DNA of 64,000 nt from the human T2T-CHM13v2.0 reference genome, Homo sapiens. Shown here one piece after another: positions 1 to 14,889 of the stretch. Numbering within the stretch: the stretch's first letter is position 1; every line of letters begins with the position of its first letter. The position numbers and the translations under genes were made by a program. The notes under the pieces are model-generated. The model made no database searches, had not been told where the DNA came from, and saw nothing but the letters and a program-made list of their open reading frames with translations. The stretch lies in NCBI RefSeq assembly GCF_009914755.1, contig NC_060935.1. One strand, 5' to 3'.

Positions 1-249
<249 letters not shown>

Positions 250-461
250 AAACTTTTTGAGATTATTTTGTTAATCCCTGGTTTTCATCCATTTTGATTA
301 AGATGTGCTTTGTTAGGGTTTTCTTTATGGTCTTCCTCTTGGAATTTGTTGAGTTTCTTAGGTATATGATGTTATGGTTTTGCTCATCTTTGGAAAGATG
401 CCAGCCATAATTTAGCTATTGTTTCTTCAAATGAGTTGTTTTTTGACCCCCTTTTACTTTT

Positions 462-800
462 TCTTTTCTTTTCTTACTTTCTTCTTTCTTTTCTTTTTTT
501 TTTTAAGTTTTGTTTTGTTTTTGAGGTGGAGTCTCGCTTTGTCGCCCATGCTGGAGTGCAGTGGCATGATCTCGGCTCACTACAACCTCTGCCTCCCAGG
601 TTCAAGCATTTCTCCTGTCTCAGCCTCCCGAGTGAGTAGCTGGGACTACAGGCACGTGCCACCAAGCCTGGCTAATTATTTGTATTTTTTATACAGACAG
701 GGTTTTGCCATGTTGGCTAGTCTGGTCTCGAACTCCTGGCCTCAGGTGATCCACCTGCCTCAGCCTCCCAAAGTGCTGGGATTACAGGTGATGCCTGGCC
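462..800 (-). mobile_element. AluS (Sx/Sz-like) with long degenerate poly(A) tail
   Basis: gagtctcgc...gctggagtgcagtggcatgatctcggctcac...cctcaggtgatccacc...aaagtgctgggattacagg; TSD cttttact(t/c)tt at 451-461 and 801-811. Confidence 0.95.
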
Positions 801-1239
801 CTTTTACTCTTTCTTCTTTTGCTTGGGACTCAAATTATTTGTATGTTGTATTGCTTGATATTATTCTATATGTTTCTGAGACTTCATTTTTCCCTCTCTT
901 TGCTTCATTGTGGTCAGATTCTATTGCTGTGTCTGCACTTTCACTGATCTGTCATCTGAACTGCCTAATTTCCTGCTTGGGTTTTCATCCATTACAGAGA
1001 ATATAAGCAGTATGCTGTACAAAACTGCACGATGTACTTCCTCATTTCTCATCTCTTAGGGATCACTATCATACACTGTCTGTTTTCTATAGTCTAAAAC
1101 AGTTATTTTATAAATTGTTGGGGATTTTATTATTTTTTTGTTTAGTGAAAAAATATTTTTTTTTGGATGGAATGGAAATATTTCCTCAGTAGATTTTGAT
1201 AATAGTTTCATTATATTGATCTTCTGTTATAATTTCTAA

Positions 1240-2830
1240 CATTCATCTTTCTCAACAAATATTTATTGAGAATCTATTATGCTAGGCTTTAAAGAACTTG
1301 TCCTCAAGGAGCCAGCCTACTATACAGATTAAAAAATACTACGAAATAAGGCAGGGCTTGTAGCAGAAATGTTGAAAGGGTGCAGGTGGAGACCAAAGAG
1401 AAACATGGTGGTAATTTCAACAGAAATATATGTGATGCAGACAGAGATGAACAACTATTTTCCATGAGATGGTGTAACCAGACCAAAAAAGAGAAGTTTA
1501 TAAATGAGGTGTTTTTTTTCCTAAGATACAAACACTTTTAATTTGATATGTTGATTTCAGAAAGCTGAGATAAATTCTATATCCCTTAAGAAATTCCCTG
1601 GAAATACACACACACACACACCACCCTGACATAATACTTCCATTAAAGGTTTGGCAATATAGCTGAGGAAAATGTGTAAATAAATAAATTTAAAGAAGTC
1701 TTCTAGAACTGAGTAGGAAGGGATAAGTAAGTGTTGAATTTCAAGCACAGCAGAAAGAATGGCCAGTTCTACCTGAGCAAGCAGGAAATCTTGATTAGAA
1801 TATTGTTCATGTTTCTGATTCTAAAAATTTAATACTTCTTGGCTGGGTGGGTTGGTGAAATGTGTGGTGTTGATGGAATATTATGGGAAAACAAAATGAA
1901 AAGTCGTAGAGACATGAGTCAGGTTTCTGTGCTTTGTAATCTAGAAGAAAAGTTAAATGGAAAGAATTCAGAGTGTTGTGGAGATAAGAGGTGTTGTTAG
2001 AGATAGGACTGAAAAGTTTGCAAGAATTATTTGTGAGGGATTAAACATTATTTTGTGAGATTTTATTGACTGTTCATTAAGAACAGTGAGGTAAATGCAT
2101 TACTTCTAGATTTCTTTCTGAAACACAGGCAGAGATAGCAGTGCTCTTCACCAAAATTGTCAATACTAGAGTAGAAGGCTTGGTGGGTATGGAGTAAATT
2201 TAATTTCAGAATTTTTAGGCCTTTAATTCCTGAGAATATCCACTTAGAGAAATCCAGTGGACATTTTACATAATTTGCTACGGTTTATGGAAGAAGTTGT
2301 ACTAAAATATAGTTTGGAGATTTATCAACCACAGGTTGTTGCCAAAGTCATTAATGCAGATTAAATAATCCAGAAGAAATGTGAGAAGGAATAAAAGATG
2401 GAATACTAAGTAGCCTTGGGGAAAAAATAAAGAAGACTGAGAAAAACAAAAAGAAAATTGTCATAGGAGCCAAAGAAAGTGAGAATTTCTAGGAATATTT
2501 AACAGTGATACATACATAAAGGTAATGTGTGGAAAATGACAAGAAGAATCTGCTGGGCTTTGTAGTTAGAAGGTCAGAGGTAACATTTGATAAGTGGCGA
2601 GGTAAAAGACTAATTGAGATGACAATAGGAAGATCAGGTGATTGATAGAGACCAAGGCCAAAGACTAATCACTCTCCAGGAAATCTGGCTGTGAAGAGAA
2701 GAAGGATAAGATGGTATCCGAAGAGAGACACTGGGAGAAAATTATTGTTTTTAGTAGGTAAAACACTTAAATATATTTTTAGCCTCCTTGTAAGAACCAG
2801 TAGAGAGGGAAGAGTTGAAAATTTAGCAGG
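1240..2830 (-). mobile_element. Fragmented L2 LINE remnants
   Basis: L2 3'-end signature tcaacaaatatttattgag at ~1252; purine-rich L2-like segment at ~2200-2800; boundaries approximate. Confidence 0.55.
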
Positions 2831-2859
2831 AAATATTGTTAATGACAGTGTAGATATGG

Positions 2860-3300
2860 TAAGACTATCTCTTTCATACACAGCTAGTGGGTGTATAAAT
2901 TGGTATAATCTTTCTGAAAAGCAATTTGATAATGTGTGTAAAGAGCCTGAAAAATATAGTGTTTGACCCTGTAAGTCTACATATAGAATTCCACCCTGTA
3001 GATATAATCAGAGATGTAGATAAAGATTTATGTACAAAGATAATAATCACAGAATCATTTATAATAAGGAAAAAAGGAAACAATCTTTATGCTGAACAAA
3101 GAAGGCACAATTAAATAAATTATGGTGTATTCACAGAGTAGTCACAACCATTGTAAATGTTATTTTCAAAGAAAGACTTTCAAATTATTGGAGAAAATGT
3201 TCTTGTAATATATTTTGAGTGAAAAAATGAGAAACAAAAAAGCTGAATGCAGAGTGTAATCTAAATGTTGAAAACTAAAAAATAAAGATTTAAAGAAAAG
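2860..3300 (+). mobile_element. Ancient L1ME 3' fragment
   Basis: aaattggtataatctttctgaaaagcaatttg...tttgaccctgtaa resembles the L1ME ORF2-end/3'UTR. Confidence 0.6.
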
Positions 3301-5959
3301 ATACAGAAATTAGTAGAAGAACATTAGAAAATTGAGCAATGCCTCAGCCTTGACTTAAGGGTTCTAGATAACTACAGTGATCGAAGGGTTAGTTTTAGGT
3401 GCAGTATCATCTCTACCTAAATGAATGAAGAAATGGAAGGATATTTGTAGATATGGGGAAAGGAATGAAGAGAATTTTTTTCTGTTAAATGAACAGCAAA
3501 TCCTTCATCACCATCACCATCATCATTTTCAGGAACTCACAATATTAATATTTAGAGACACAAAATTTTGTGTCAGTTTTTATTCCATGTTTTTAATAAT
3601 CACAGTATTTTAGATAAGCAAACCAAGGCACAGCAAAGAAGAACCATACTCAAAGTTTTACACACTCTAGAAAATGGTGGATGTGAGATTCATACCCAAT
3701 TCACAGTCCAGTCGTGAGCCTTCTGCTGAGAGAGGAGTGGAGCAACATTGGGAAGGAGGGACTTAAAATGTATAGGGTAGTCACTGTGGGGACATTGAGG
3801 GGACTTGACCAGAAACAGGATGAAAGAGTTGGTTTAATGGTACTGAGGGTCTTATTAACATTACTTACTTGTAGGGCCACCAGTTCACAAAACCATGTGC
3901 TATAAATGAAGTAACCTGCCATGGTTCAGGAGAAAAAAAGAGAGAGGGTTACATTAATGAAAAGTTACAGTGTGTTCACTAGCAAAAAAAAAAAAAAAAA
4001 AAAGTAGGATTTGAAAACTTTGAAGATGTTGGCAATAAATGAAGCTGAATGGATCTAAGTTTAATATGGAACATTGGGTTTTTGTTTTATAGGGAGGTGA
4101 AGTAAAGGATAAAAAAAAGAATAGAGGGAGGAACTGCAGTACTTGCTGGGTCAGGGGCATAGTGAGAAGGACTGAATTGGAAAGTTGATACAATCTGTTG
4201 TCCTGGAAGAGATTGAGGACTTTGATGTTATATATATGGTCAGATAGTAAGATGAGCTATCTAAACATCTGTGAAAAAATGAATGACTAAATCATTCCTA
4301 TGATGACAGAAACCAGAAGCAGAGGAAGACTGTGAAGCATGTTTCAAATTGCTTAGTAGATGAAAATGAAGATCTTCTTCATCTAGAAAATCTCTAAATG
4401 ATGAAAATGTGAGGTAGAGGAGAGGTGGTAAAGTGGGATGACTTCAACTTCAAAGGATGAAAGGGCTTTGCATGCAGACCAATGAACTAAAGATCTACAA
4501 TCAGCAAAGGGCACAGGGATAATGGCCATGGACTTTATGACATTGGAGTATAGAGAGAAGGATTTTCTTGGAGAAGAAGCAGGTTATATTCTTATGTTCA
4601 GAACATTGTCTGATGCACAGTTAATGCTGAATGCCCACTTATCTAACCTCATAGACAAATAAAAGGCTTTATTAATGTGGCCAGAGCAGGAGATAGAGGG
4701 ATTCTGTGAAGAGGTGGAGGATGTGATGGGATAGGGGTTGTTTACTTTGGAACATAGGTTGCAGAGAGTATAATGGAAAGTATTTGTAAAGAAGACCAGA
4801 AATGGACAAAAGAACATGATGGGAAAATGCACAGAAAAAAAATAAATGGACAAGCATCAGGTAAATGTTTGTTGATTGGAAGAACTAGTGTTCAGTCCAG
4901 TGAATGAGAGTGACAGGAATAAAGGATATGACTCATAATGACTATCCTAAGGTGCCCTGGGACAGAGCTAACTAAGCCCTAAGCAGTCTGAGAACCCTAG
5001 CAATGTTAAGAGCCTGCAGCCTTTTCTCAGCACTCAAATTGCAAAACATGGAAAAAGCTTTATGATGACTTTTGAAGCTAATTCTGCCTTGGTTATTGGA
5101 GGTGATTAGCTGCCACTTGCCAAAGAATCGTTGGCTTGAGGTAGCTATGGTGCCAGGTTTCTTTTCTGACATGAATTGGGTATAATAAAGCAGCTTGGTG
5201 TGGGGGAACTGCTCTTAAATAGTACTCCTTATAAATGCGAGAGCATTGATTTTAAGAATAAACTGGGGATAAATTTGGCTATTTTCTCCAATTCTTAGCC
5301 CTCCATGGTGTAGAGGTAGGCATCTGGTTGCTAGAATCCTAAAGTCTCAAGTTCTGTAACTAGCCTATTTCTATTTTCTGCTCCAATAACTTAGTAAGGC
5401 CATTGAGGTGGTACACCGTCTCTTCATTAGCTTGCATGTCAGTGAGATGTATATAAAAATCTGAAAATATATATTAGTTCTGAGGCAAATAGGTGAACGA
5501 GATAAATCACTGGGGAAAGGAAACACCCCTAGCTCCCTCACATTGTGATTGGGGTAATATAATTTTCTACAGGAAGAATTATTGACATGTAGTGAAATGT
5601 GAGATCAATATCTGTTATTTACTGAATAAATTTACTAGAGTCATTGGTAAACATCTTCAGTAATAAATTCCCCAAATTCTTGGATGGATTTGTGTTTTAA
5701 TTAACATTCTTAGCTGGAAATTAGAGGCAGATGGGAAGGGGTGTTAATAATTCCATAATTGATAACAATCACTTATGAAACAGAGAAGCAACTCATAGCT
5801 CACTAATTATTTCAGAGAGTAAAACACTCCAAATTGTTAGGAGAAGCGCTCAGTGATACAAGAAGTCAGTGAATGAGGACTGGGTAGAGGCAACAGCCCT
5901 GGGTTTGAATTTTGGACCCACCACTTATTAGTAGTTTCTACCTTGTTTCTACCTCAAGG

Positions 5960-6132
5960 AGCAGGGACAACCTATTTTATAAGAAAGGTTCTGAGCAGTT
6001 CGATATTAAGAAATCATTTTGATTGACTTTAACCTAGCATTTCCTAACATGCTTTATGCCAGGTCTTTCTCCCCTATAAAAAATATTAATCCCTTAAGAA
6101 ATTAGAGTGCTGTAGAAAACTTTAGGAAACAT
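5960..6132. mobile_element. hAT-Charlie MITE (MER103C-like) remnant
   Basis: tttaacctagcatttcctaac...aactttaggaaaca resembles the MER103C internal and terminal motifs. Confidence 0.45.
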
Positions 6133-6196
6133 TAACAGAAGGTCTCCAAATTCCCCTCCCATTGTTCGTCGGTCAGAATTAGCAATAGCAGCTGAT

Positions 6197-6415
6197 TTTT
6201 ATTAAGTGCTCACTATGAGTTAAGTTCTGTACTATAGACTTTAACTATAAAATCTCCCTTAATTCTTACAACAACTTTGAAGGCCAGTATTATCATCAAC
6301 ACCATTTTGAAGTTAAGGAAATGAAGGCACAGAGAGTTTAAGCATCTTGCCTAAGCTCACAAGGCTAAGAAGCAGTGGAAGATGCTGTAAAGACAGGCAG
6401 TCTGGCTCCACAGCC
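6197..6415 (-). mobile_element. MIR SINE
   Basis: Core ccattttgaagttaaggaaatgaaggcacagagagtttaagcatcttgcctaagctcac. Confidence 0.85.
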
Positions 6416-8313
6416 AGTTTCTGTAGTCACAATGCTAACTATTCTAGGGTTTAATCAGCTAGTGTGGTTCAGTGAATACCAAATGGAAAGTAAAGACCTG
6501 GAAACTACAAAACAGCCCCCATGGAGTGGCATATTCCAAAGGTCCAGGAGCCAATGTGGAAGCCAGGGAATAGAGTTAGGAAACCAAAGAAGCAGAGCCA
6601 AATGCAAGAGCAGTGATCCGAAAATAAACTGGGAGAAGTCTGAAGCATTTTTCTAGACTGCTGGATACTGTCTGTGGCTTGCTTTTATCTCTCATTCATG
6701 GTCTTGTGTGTAGGTAAGCCTGCTGAGTTTAAAAGACCAATAATAGGATGGACCTTTTGGTTTAAATGGGAAATTTTCATTAAATCAAGACATGGAAATC
6801 TATTCAAACTGTAGTCTCATACAACTAGAATTAAATAAAGAAGAGCATACTAGGCCAAATAAATATAACTAGGAAGGCAGCAGACATTGCTACATTTCAT
6901 TTGAAATTTTAAAATTCTTATATGTCAAGGGATATACTAACTACTTCATCATGGATACCAATGGGCAGTGCTTGCTCCTTAGCTTAGCCCAAGTAGCTTT
7001 TAAATGCAATGTCCTATTTTAGCAGGATTTATGGTTTTGGGAGTTTAAGGTAGGATGGTTAAAATAGATTGTTTTCTTTCCCCCCTCTACAATGTGGCAT
7101 TTTCTTTAGGGTTAAGAAGTCTCCCCTATTGGGAGGTGGGAACCATATGATGTTAAGCAATGGGTTTATATTTTATTAAACAGAGGAAACTGTATTATCT
7201 ATAGAGGATATTTGGATGGGAAGGCAAGCCACTGTGAAATCCATCACCCCATTTTTTCTCCAGGGTTGATTTACTGGCCTCATACAGGTTTCTCTTTGAA
7301 CCCTTGTTCATCCTGCAGCTCCAGGATATGGGTTTCTCAGTCGGAGGTGATGACTTCTGAGAGTCAAGGAGGTCTATTTTGCTCACAGGTTTCCAAGAGT
7401 CTAACGTAGAAAAATAAGCAATTGTGCATATTTCCTGAGTCCAAAACTTGTTCAAATTTTGAGTAGTCTGCTGGATGCCTCTCCTCTTCTCCTATCTCCA
7501 TAGAAAAATAAATTCTCAAAAGTTGCCAGAAGCACCTGTGTTTGACTGTAATGGCAGTTTGGATACCATTTAAGCAGGACTTGTCAAGGCAAAAGGAACA
7601 CCAAGAAAAAAATGTGGCCAGGAAAGCATCGTAGTTTCAAAATAGGTTCCTTGAAATATTCATTAAGAATAAATTTGCTGAATCATTCTCTAAAACCTAT
7701 CAAAAATACCTAAATTTTACCACAGAGACTGGATCCAGGAGCCTCTCCTCTGTCTTCTGAGTTATGGTGTCTCTATCCAGTGGTGAGACTAGATTAGCAA
7801 TATGCCAAAAGAGGAAAATCTGTTCTTTTGTCTGGGTGATTGTTGGCTCCCACCTCCAGCACTTTGTAAAATTAGAGAGGTGAGCTGTCTTAGATCTAGT
7901 TTAAAGTATCTGGTGGTGTTTGGAGAGTTGGCCATCTGATGGTTTCAATTTAAATGAATTTATTTGTGCAAATTAATATTCGACCATATTGAACTATAGC
8001 CTCACCTCAGGCTGCCTCATCAATCAGGGTCAAAGAATATGCAGATGATTGTGGGACCACTCAATCTGTGTTTCTCAGCTCTAGACTCCTTATTTAAATC
8101 TAAAAGTATATTTGCTGTTCTTCAGGGACTGAATTCCTAGCTCATGGACAACTTTGCAAAGGTTCCTTGTTTCCAAACCAGATTTGTCTTCTCTCTGTAG
8201 TTTGACAGAGTATCCCCTAATAAGATTTCTGCATTCCTAAGCTAAAGGATAAGAACTACATCTGTCACTGAGAGGGTACCTAATCAAGACCTCATCTGGT
8301 GTATCTGGTTACC

Positions 8314-8904
8314 TGTTTTATCTATTGCTGTATAACAAACCACTCACTACTTAGTGGCATAAGACAATGACCCTAGAATTACGTTCACAGCTCTTCGGGT
8401 AAAGAATTCAGACAAGGCCAACTAGAGGTGGCTTGTCTCTTTTCCATGAGATCTAGGGACTCAGATGGAAAGACTCCAGCTGGAAGACTCTAACCTGGAT
8501 GTGACTTGAATGGCTGAAGCTGGAATCCTCGGAAGACTTTTTTACTAACACATCTGAAAACTGGGCTGGGATGATTTAAGCGCTGGGCTCAGCTGACACT
8601 CTGGAACAGAGCAAATATCCATGGTATCCTCATGTCATTTGGGCTTCCTCAAAGCATGGTCGCCTAAGGGTATTTGAATTTATTACCTGGTGGGCAGGGC
8701 TCCAAATTCAAATGTTCCAGTGAACAAGGTGGAAGCTGTGTGGCCTTTATGACCTAGCTTTGGAAATCAAATATACTCACTTCTAACCATATTTAAACGG
8801 TCAATGTGGTCACAGCCTGCCCAGACTCAATAGTGGATAAAATATACTCCCCTCTTTTTCTGGAAAGTGTCAAAAAATTGTGGCTATGTTTTTAAACTGC
8901 CACA
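8314..8904 (-). mobile_element. MLT1 (G/H-like) ERVL-MaLR solo LTR
   Basis: Begins tctattgctgtataacaaaccac...ttagtggc; ends tttttaaactgccaca (reverse complement TGTGGCAG LTR start). Confidence 0.8.
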
Positions 8905-10649
8905 TTTACTAACACATTTCACAAAGTAATTAAACTACCTTTTTAACAGGTCCTAATATGTTTCCAAATATATATTGCTTCTTTAGTACAATCTACTTTT
9001 TACTTAGACAACTATTCTATGAATATGTCCGTGGCAAAAAAAAAAAAAAAATTCAGAGTAATAGCATAGAGCCAGTTGAGGAGGCTCAGGAAATAACAGT
9101 CTGTAGTTATTCTTTTCTTTGGACACAAAATGACATTACTGAGTTTCATTATCTATCTTGATCACTTAAATTCTGTGGGAAATAAATTTCATGAGGAAAA
9201 AATAGTTTTTTTGTATCTAAAAATGTTCAACACAAAATGTTGGGGACCACTGGACCACTTTATAAAAGATTATTAAATATGGATGTTGAGGCTGACTGCA
9301 TTGAGACCCTGCCAAGTCCCATGTTAAGCTAGTTGTGTCCCTTTAACTACTAGAGTGGTTTCACCATGACCTAAGTTCTTCATAGACTTGCAAAATCTGA
9401 AATTCATTATTAGTCACCATACTCTTTTAGTGATGAGATCACATTAGTATCAGGAGATTAATGTATAAACCAGACACCAGTTTAATAATTTATATGAAGA
9501 AATATGACGTTTTAGAAATACTGCCATTCACTGGCCTTCACAGTCATTTTCTGGAAGCACTCTGCTGAAAAAGCAGATAATACTTAGAAAGCTATTTGGT
9601 AAATATTGCACAAAACTTTGAAAGGCAGGTATGATGTTATCTTGTATACCCAATGCCTAGTAGAGAGTCTGATACAATGAGGCTCCCAGTAAATGTTTGG
9701 TGAGTACACGAAGGAATACCTTGGAAAGAGACCTTAGGGAGGATGTAATCTGATGGTATTCAAATATCCTTAAGATTCTTGAGGAGGTGATATAGGGGCC
9801 ATCATAGAAAGCAGTGGGCAGGAAGAAGCAGGGGCCCTAGAGTTGCTCTCCTTTTATCTATTTCAGATATTAGACTCTTAATAATATTTAAATTGGGAAA
9901 GGAATTATGATACAAAGTATTGGCAGCTAAAAATAAATTATGAGCTTTGCACAAAGTCACCCAATTAGTAAGAGACTAACCTAGAACTCAAATAGGAAGC
10001 TTCTTGTTTTCAGCTCTGGGCTCTTTTTACTATGCAACCTGCTAATAATTCACTGGGAGCTTGGCCCCTAATTTGGTGTGAAGTTCTCTAATCTATTTCC
10101 TGACAATAGCATTTGGCATCTTTCCAGAATTTACTATAGCATTTTCATTTTCTTTCTGAGAAGCAACACATGGCATATCAATCGTCACCTTATAAAATTC
10201 TTTCTGCCCTAGTTTTTTTCTCTTTCTCTCAGACCCTCATTCATTCACCTTTTTAAAAATTATTATTCCTTGGGCAACCTCACAGACAAGTTATTTTCTG
10301 AAGAGAAAAGGACCAAGGAGGATGTAGTGGATAAGTACACAATAAAATCCAGGCAAAAGCTCATTCTAAAACACATTTTCCTGAAAGCATTGTTATCACT
10401 GCTATTGTTCATACCATTCCATTCATTCCCTTGAGCTGCCATCTCCTGCTGATGCTTTAAAGAGGTCAGAATAACCCTGGTAACTTACTTGAACATTAAA
10501 AAAATCTAAGCCGTAGCACCAGAGAAGTATTTCTTATGCGTCTTCAGCTGGCTGTGCAATTGACCTTGCCTTGACGCTATACACACTACCTTTCTAACTG
10601 CAGTCAACTGTAGGGATCCAAGACATGAAGAGAGCCAGAGATGCAAAGC

Positions 10650-10790
10650 GCTCTTAGAATCCTGAAACATAGCCTTCTCATTTTATACATGAAGGAACTG
10701 AAACCTAGAGAGGGGGAGGAATTTGCTGAAGGCCACATAGCTAATTAGTGGCAGAGAATTGTGTCTCCTGACTCCAAGTTTAAGACTCTA
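10650..10790 (-). mobile_element. MIR fragment
   Basis: ctcattttatacatgaaggaactgaaacctagagag...ggccacatagctaattagtggcagag. Confidence 0.8.
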
Positions 10791-11359
10791 TTAGCAATAG
10801 CCGACTTATTTTTCCTTCCAGCACAATGCATTGCCCTCTACCTGAAGCCCTGGTGACAGGGCAGTCTTTCAGCATTGCGGAGGACTAGTGAGGTCTGGCG
10901 ACTAGACATGGCACCCTACTAGCTGGATTCATAAGGGATAGGTCTAGAGGGACATACAGGTCCAGTGGGCATCAGTCAGGACAAGGAAACAGCTACCAGC
11001 ACAAGGAGCAGAGTTCTCTGGCTAAGCCAGCAGTCTGTCACTCCAACTCTTTCTTGTGACAGATGACTGGGGCATTAGCAGTGTGCTCACCCAGAGAGAA
11101 ACAAGGTGGGAGCAGATGGTAGGAAGTGCAAACAGGTATTTCCATTGTGCTCAGTGGAAAGAGATGAGCAATGAATCCTACTCTGGAGCAATAGTTTTAA
11201 AACTTTTTTTAAAAAATAGCAAAAGCTTTTATTTTTCCAGACAAAATCTTGCCTGGGACCCCAGTGCATAAAATGGATAAAAGCAGAGTGCCTCTTGTTG
11301 AATTTGAGTATAGAATAAAATGTTCTCTGAGGCTCCAATCAACAGAGTTTGGGTACTAA

Positions 11360-12426
11360 TGACAGCAGGAGAACCTCCCACTAGGAGAAGTTTTGGAAAG
11401 CTATGGTTGTAGTGACTAGTGGGGGTACAATTGTCATTTAGTGGACAGTGGCCAGGGATGTCAGGTATGCTGCAATGTGAAGGATGGTCCTAGATGCCTA
11501 GATGTTGAAGACTTGTCCCGTATCTCATATGACGGATATGAATATCTCCCCAGACATTCATGTCAGTGAAAAAGAAATTTGTAAAAATCTGAGTCTAGAA
11601 CCCAACTCTATTTTATATGTGACATGGAGTATTAATTTCACAGTTTTGATATACACTGTATTTTCCAGACATGCAACAACTGGGATAATTGAAGGAAGAG
11701 TAGACTTTGGTTATTGTTGTTGTTAGGAGCTTCATCAGGACTTGTTTACCAAGAGAGAGAACAAAAAGGTTAAAAGCAAGGATTCTGGAGTCAGGCAGCC
11801 TGGCTTTGAATTGCAGATCCCATACTTACTAACTGTGTATGACTTAAGACAAGGTACTCAGCCACTCTGTGTCTCAGTTTCCTCAGCTGTAAATTGGAGA
11901 TAGCAATAGTACCTATCTCAAAATTTTATGGGAACTCAATGAATCAATAATGTTTTACCTAGGAAAATTATACACTGCTGACAGTGCTACTTGTGTTATT
12001 TGTGGCTCTAATACAATTATATATTTATTGTCCTGCAGTTGCAGGAGTTGCATTCCTGGTCATTACAATATAGACATGGAAGTGCATATTTATGTCTTTA
12101 AAAATATCAACTGTAAGAAAAAGTGTTGGCACTATGTCAGTTTAATGTTGTCCTATTGACTTAAATCTAAACTTGCCAAGGGTAAGAATCTAACTGCTTT
12201 ATTATGTTTTTTTAAGGTAGCCATGCTCAGCCTTTTACATACTGAGTATGCATTATTTTAATATAAATTCATTTCCTTATATAGTTTATATTTAAGGTTT
12301 ATGATGATTTTTCAAGATTATGTATATAGGAAGTTTATATTAAAATGTTGTTTCAGGGTGCTAAAGAAGGTATTACAAAGTGCTCGTAACAGGGAGCATG
12401 GGGTGTGATTAGATGGTGAACCGCTG
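11360..12426 (+). mobile_element. MER20B-like hAT-Charlie DNA transposon, interrupted by a MIR
   Basis: gccagggatg...tgcaatg; gacattcatgtcagtgaaaaa...ctgagtctagaacccaactc; terminal gaaccgctg. Confidence 0.7.
11765..11975 (+). mobile_element. MIR nested within MER20B
   Basis: ggattctggagtcaggcagcctgg...ctctgtgtctcagtttcctcagctgtaaattggagatagcaatagtacctatctc. Confidence 0.9.
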
Positions 12427-14679
12427 CAATAGGTGAATGAGAATCCCTTGGAACTCCTGAATTTGTGGGTGATGAAAGCATAGTTGCTCTGGGAAAAGCT
12501 GAGAAGAAACAAGAATTTTCTACAACCTACTCTATTTTTCTCTAAGACCCCTTGCAAGCTTTAGGGCTTCAGTAAATATGGCTTTGGGACTGAGATTCTC
12601 AAAATATATCTGAACCCCCTCAGTGAGCTTCTTAGTAGACTAAGAATAAAATGACTAACAATGGAAATATTCTCAGTTGCATAAAAGGCCATTTGTAATT
12701 AATGTATTAAAATATTAAGGATTACTAATATCTGGCATTTTAATTATAAAATTCACCAATTCTCTTCAAGTTTATTGAAGATTCAGTTTATTATTCCACA
12801 GGATATTTTGCTACCATCAATGGTCTGGCCATGTTGAAAAACTCAACTGACACAGACAAAATTCTTAGAATTTATTCTTAGAATTTGGGGAAAGGATGCT
12901 TTGTTACCCAAACATTAAAAGTGTTTTAAGTTGCTTATGGCTTTTAATTACTGTTATTTTCTATTCTTAATTATGCATCCTTAGTTATATTAATATCAGT
13001 TTTGTTTCTTCTGCGATTTTTTTCTGCCTAACGTTATGTAATGATTCTCATTTTTAATAGTATTATTTTGAGCCAATAAGTTGGCAATAAAAAGACTTTA
13101 AAATTATTGCATTCCCATTACAGTGTGAATTATCTGTACCTCTATTGTTAAAAAAAGGTATGAGCATGCCTTGCCCAATCTCCAATTTGCTTCTACAGTG
13201 GCAAATTTTTGTTTGTCATTTCAATAACAAGTTATTATCTGACTGGAAAGTGAAAAAAAATGAAGTGGGTTAGGTAGAACCTATGACCATACCTAAAGGG
13301 ATCAAGATTGATAAAATTCGAAAGCCCTCTTTAGCTCAGAAGTTACACCTGGGAAGTGGATGGGGTGTAGAGGAGCCAGGAGCCATGATGCCTTGTAGGT
13401 AAGATAAAGGAGGCATATGTTCACCCAGAGACAGGTTCTTTATTGCCTTTCATCTGAAAGCAGGTTTGCAGAACACAGTAGACAGGCCACACTTAAGAAT
13501 GAGCCAAGGTTCTCCTGAGGAACTCTGCCTAGCATGACAGGGAAGAGGCGAGTCAGATCTGAAATAGTGCTACTCTGCCTTTAGACACTTGAGATATTTT
13601 TCTGTTGGAAATTCTGGGTGTTTTTTTGTTTGTTTTTTGTTTTGTTTTGTTTTGTTTTGCCAGATTCAATTCATCCATGAGCAAGAAGAACAGACATATC
13701 CTTGAAATGCCAAGGACCTCTATCCTAATAGAGATAGGAAGACAGATCCATCAGATTATTTTTAAAAATATGAAAATTTCAGGGGCCTGCCTACTTTCTA
13801 TGAAAACACATGCATTTGTTTTTCAGGACTAACATAACATCTAAGTAGAGTAGGATGACTGAAAGACCAAATCCCTTGCAATCACAAGACCATTCTAGTT
13901 TTGAGGGACTTTTTTGTTTTGTTTTGCTTCTCTGGTGGATTTTGTATGAGCCCTAGAAGTGAATAAGACTGGGCTGATCTCCACTTGCAAGAAAAAGTCT
14001 TGCAGGAGTACCCATCCCCACCTAAACAGAAAGTTCTATAGCCTCAGTGGAAAATTGCTCTTGGGTTTTCTTCCAGCCTTAGAATTTCATAATTTCAGGG
14101 GAAGTCAGAGAGATTTTTACTAGCCCAGTTCTGCTCTCTATAATTGTCTTTGCCATAGCTCTTTGCAGTTTTGGACATAGCCTATCAAAATGGACTTCCT
14201 TTTTTCTTCTCCTTCACTTGCATTTAATTAAACTCATTGAATTAATAGGAATTAAAGACCATCTATATGCCACAAATTTTGCTAAGTTTAGGGAGGCAAA
14301 GATAAGGAATGTGATTTCAAATTGCTCAAAGTCCAGGAAAAGGTATAGGCAAATGCAACAATGGTGATAATTCAATAGAAGCGTATTATGTTTGAGATAA
14401 GCAAGGGATGCTATGGAGTCGAGGGTGGTGGGTTGTAGTATCTTGAATCCACAACATTGTACAAGTATAAGTAGCACTACGTGTTTAGAAAGAGATTAAA
14501 TCTCTATTTGTGTACTTTCAGATTGCTAGCTTTTTCCCCTTGTTAAATTGGATTGGGACACACCAAATGCAAATGTTACTGCTGATGACACTTACTATTT
14601 TTTCTTTGGATTCTTTCTCTGAAAAGTATAATGAAGAATGAAACTTGATTAATGATATCCAAGCTTCAATAGTAATTAA

Positions 14680-14850
14680 CAATTACTCTATGCCAGGTAC
14701 TTATATATGTAGTTTTCTTTATGAACTCATTTAATTCTTACCACTACCTTACGAGGTGTAGGTATTCTCAAAGAATTGAGGTAAAGATATATGCAGAAAC
14801 ATGATCAAGGTTGCAAAATTGGTACAAAGTAATCATGCTAAGAGCTCAAA
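14680..14850 (-). mobile_element. MIR fragment
   Basis: tactctatgccaggtac...aactcatttaattcttaccactaccttacgaggt. Confidence 0.6.
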
Positions 14851-14889
14851 CTTTCTTCAGAAAATGTATCTAAAATTCAAATACTTTTC

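Noticed and set aside
419-1006. 195-aa ORF
   Set aside because: Antisense Alu translation ([10 protein letters not shown]..., PKVLGLQ) plus T-rich tail; a well-known spurious ORF type. The same applies to 47658-47867 and 61452-61703.
3425-3613. ORF with poly-His
   Set aside because: Translation of a short (CAT/CAC)n microsatellite.
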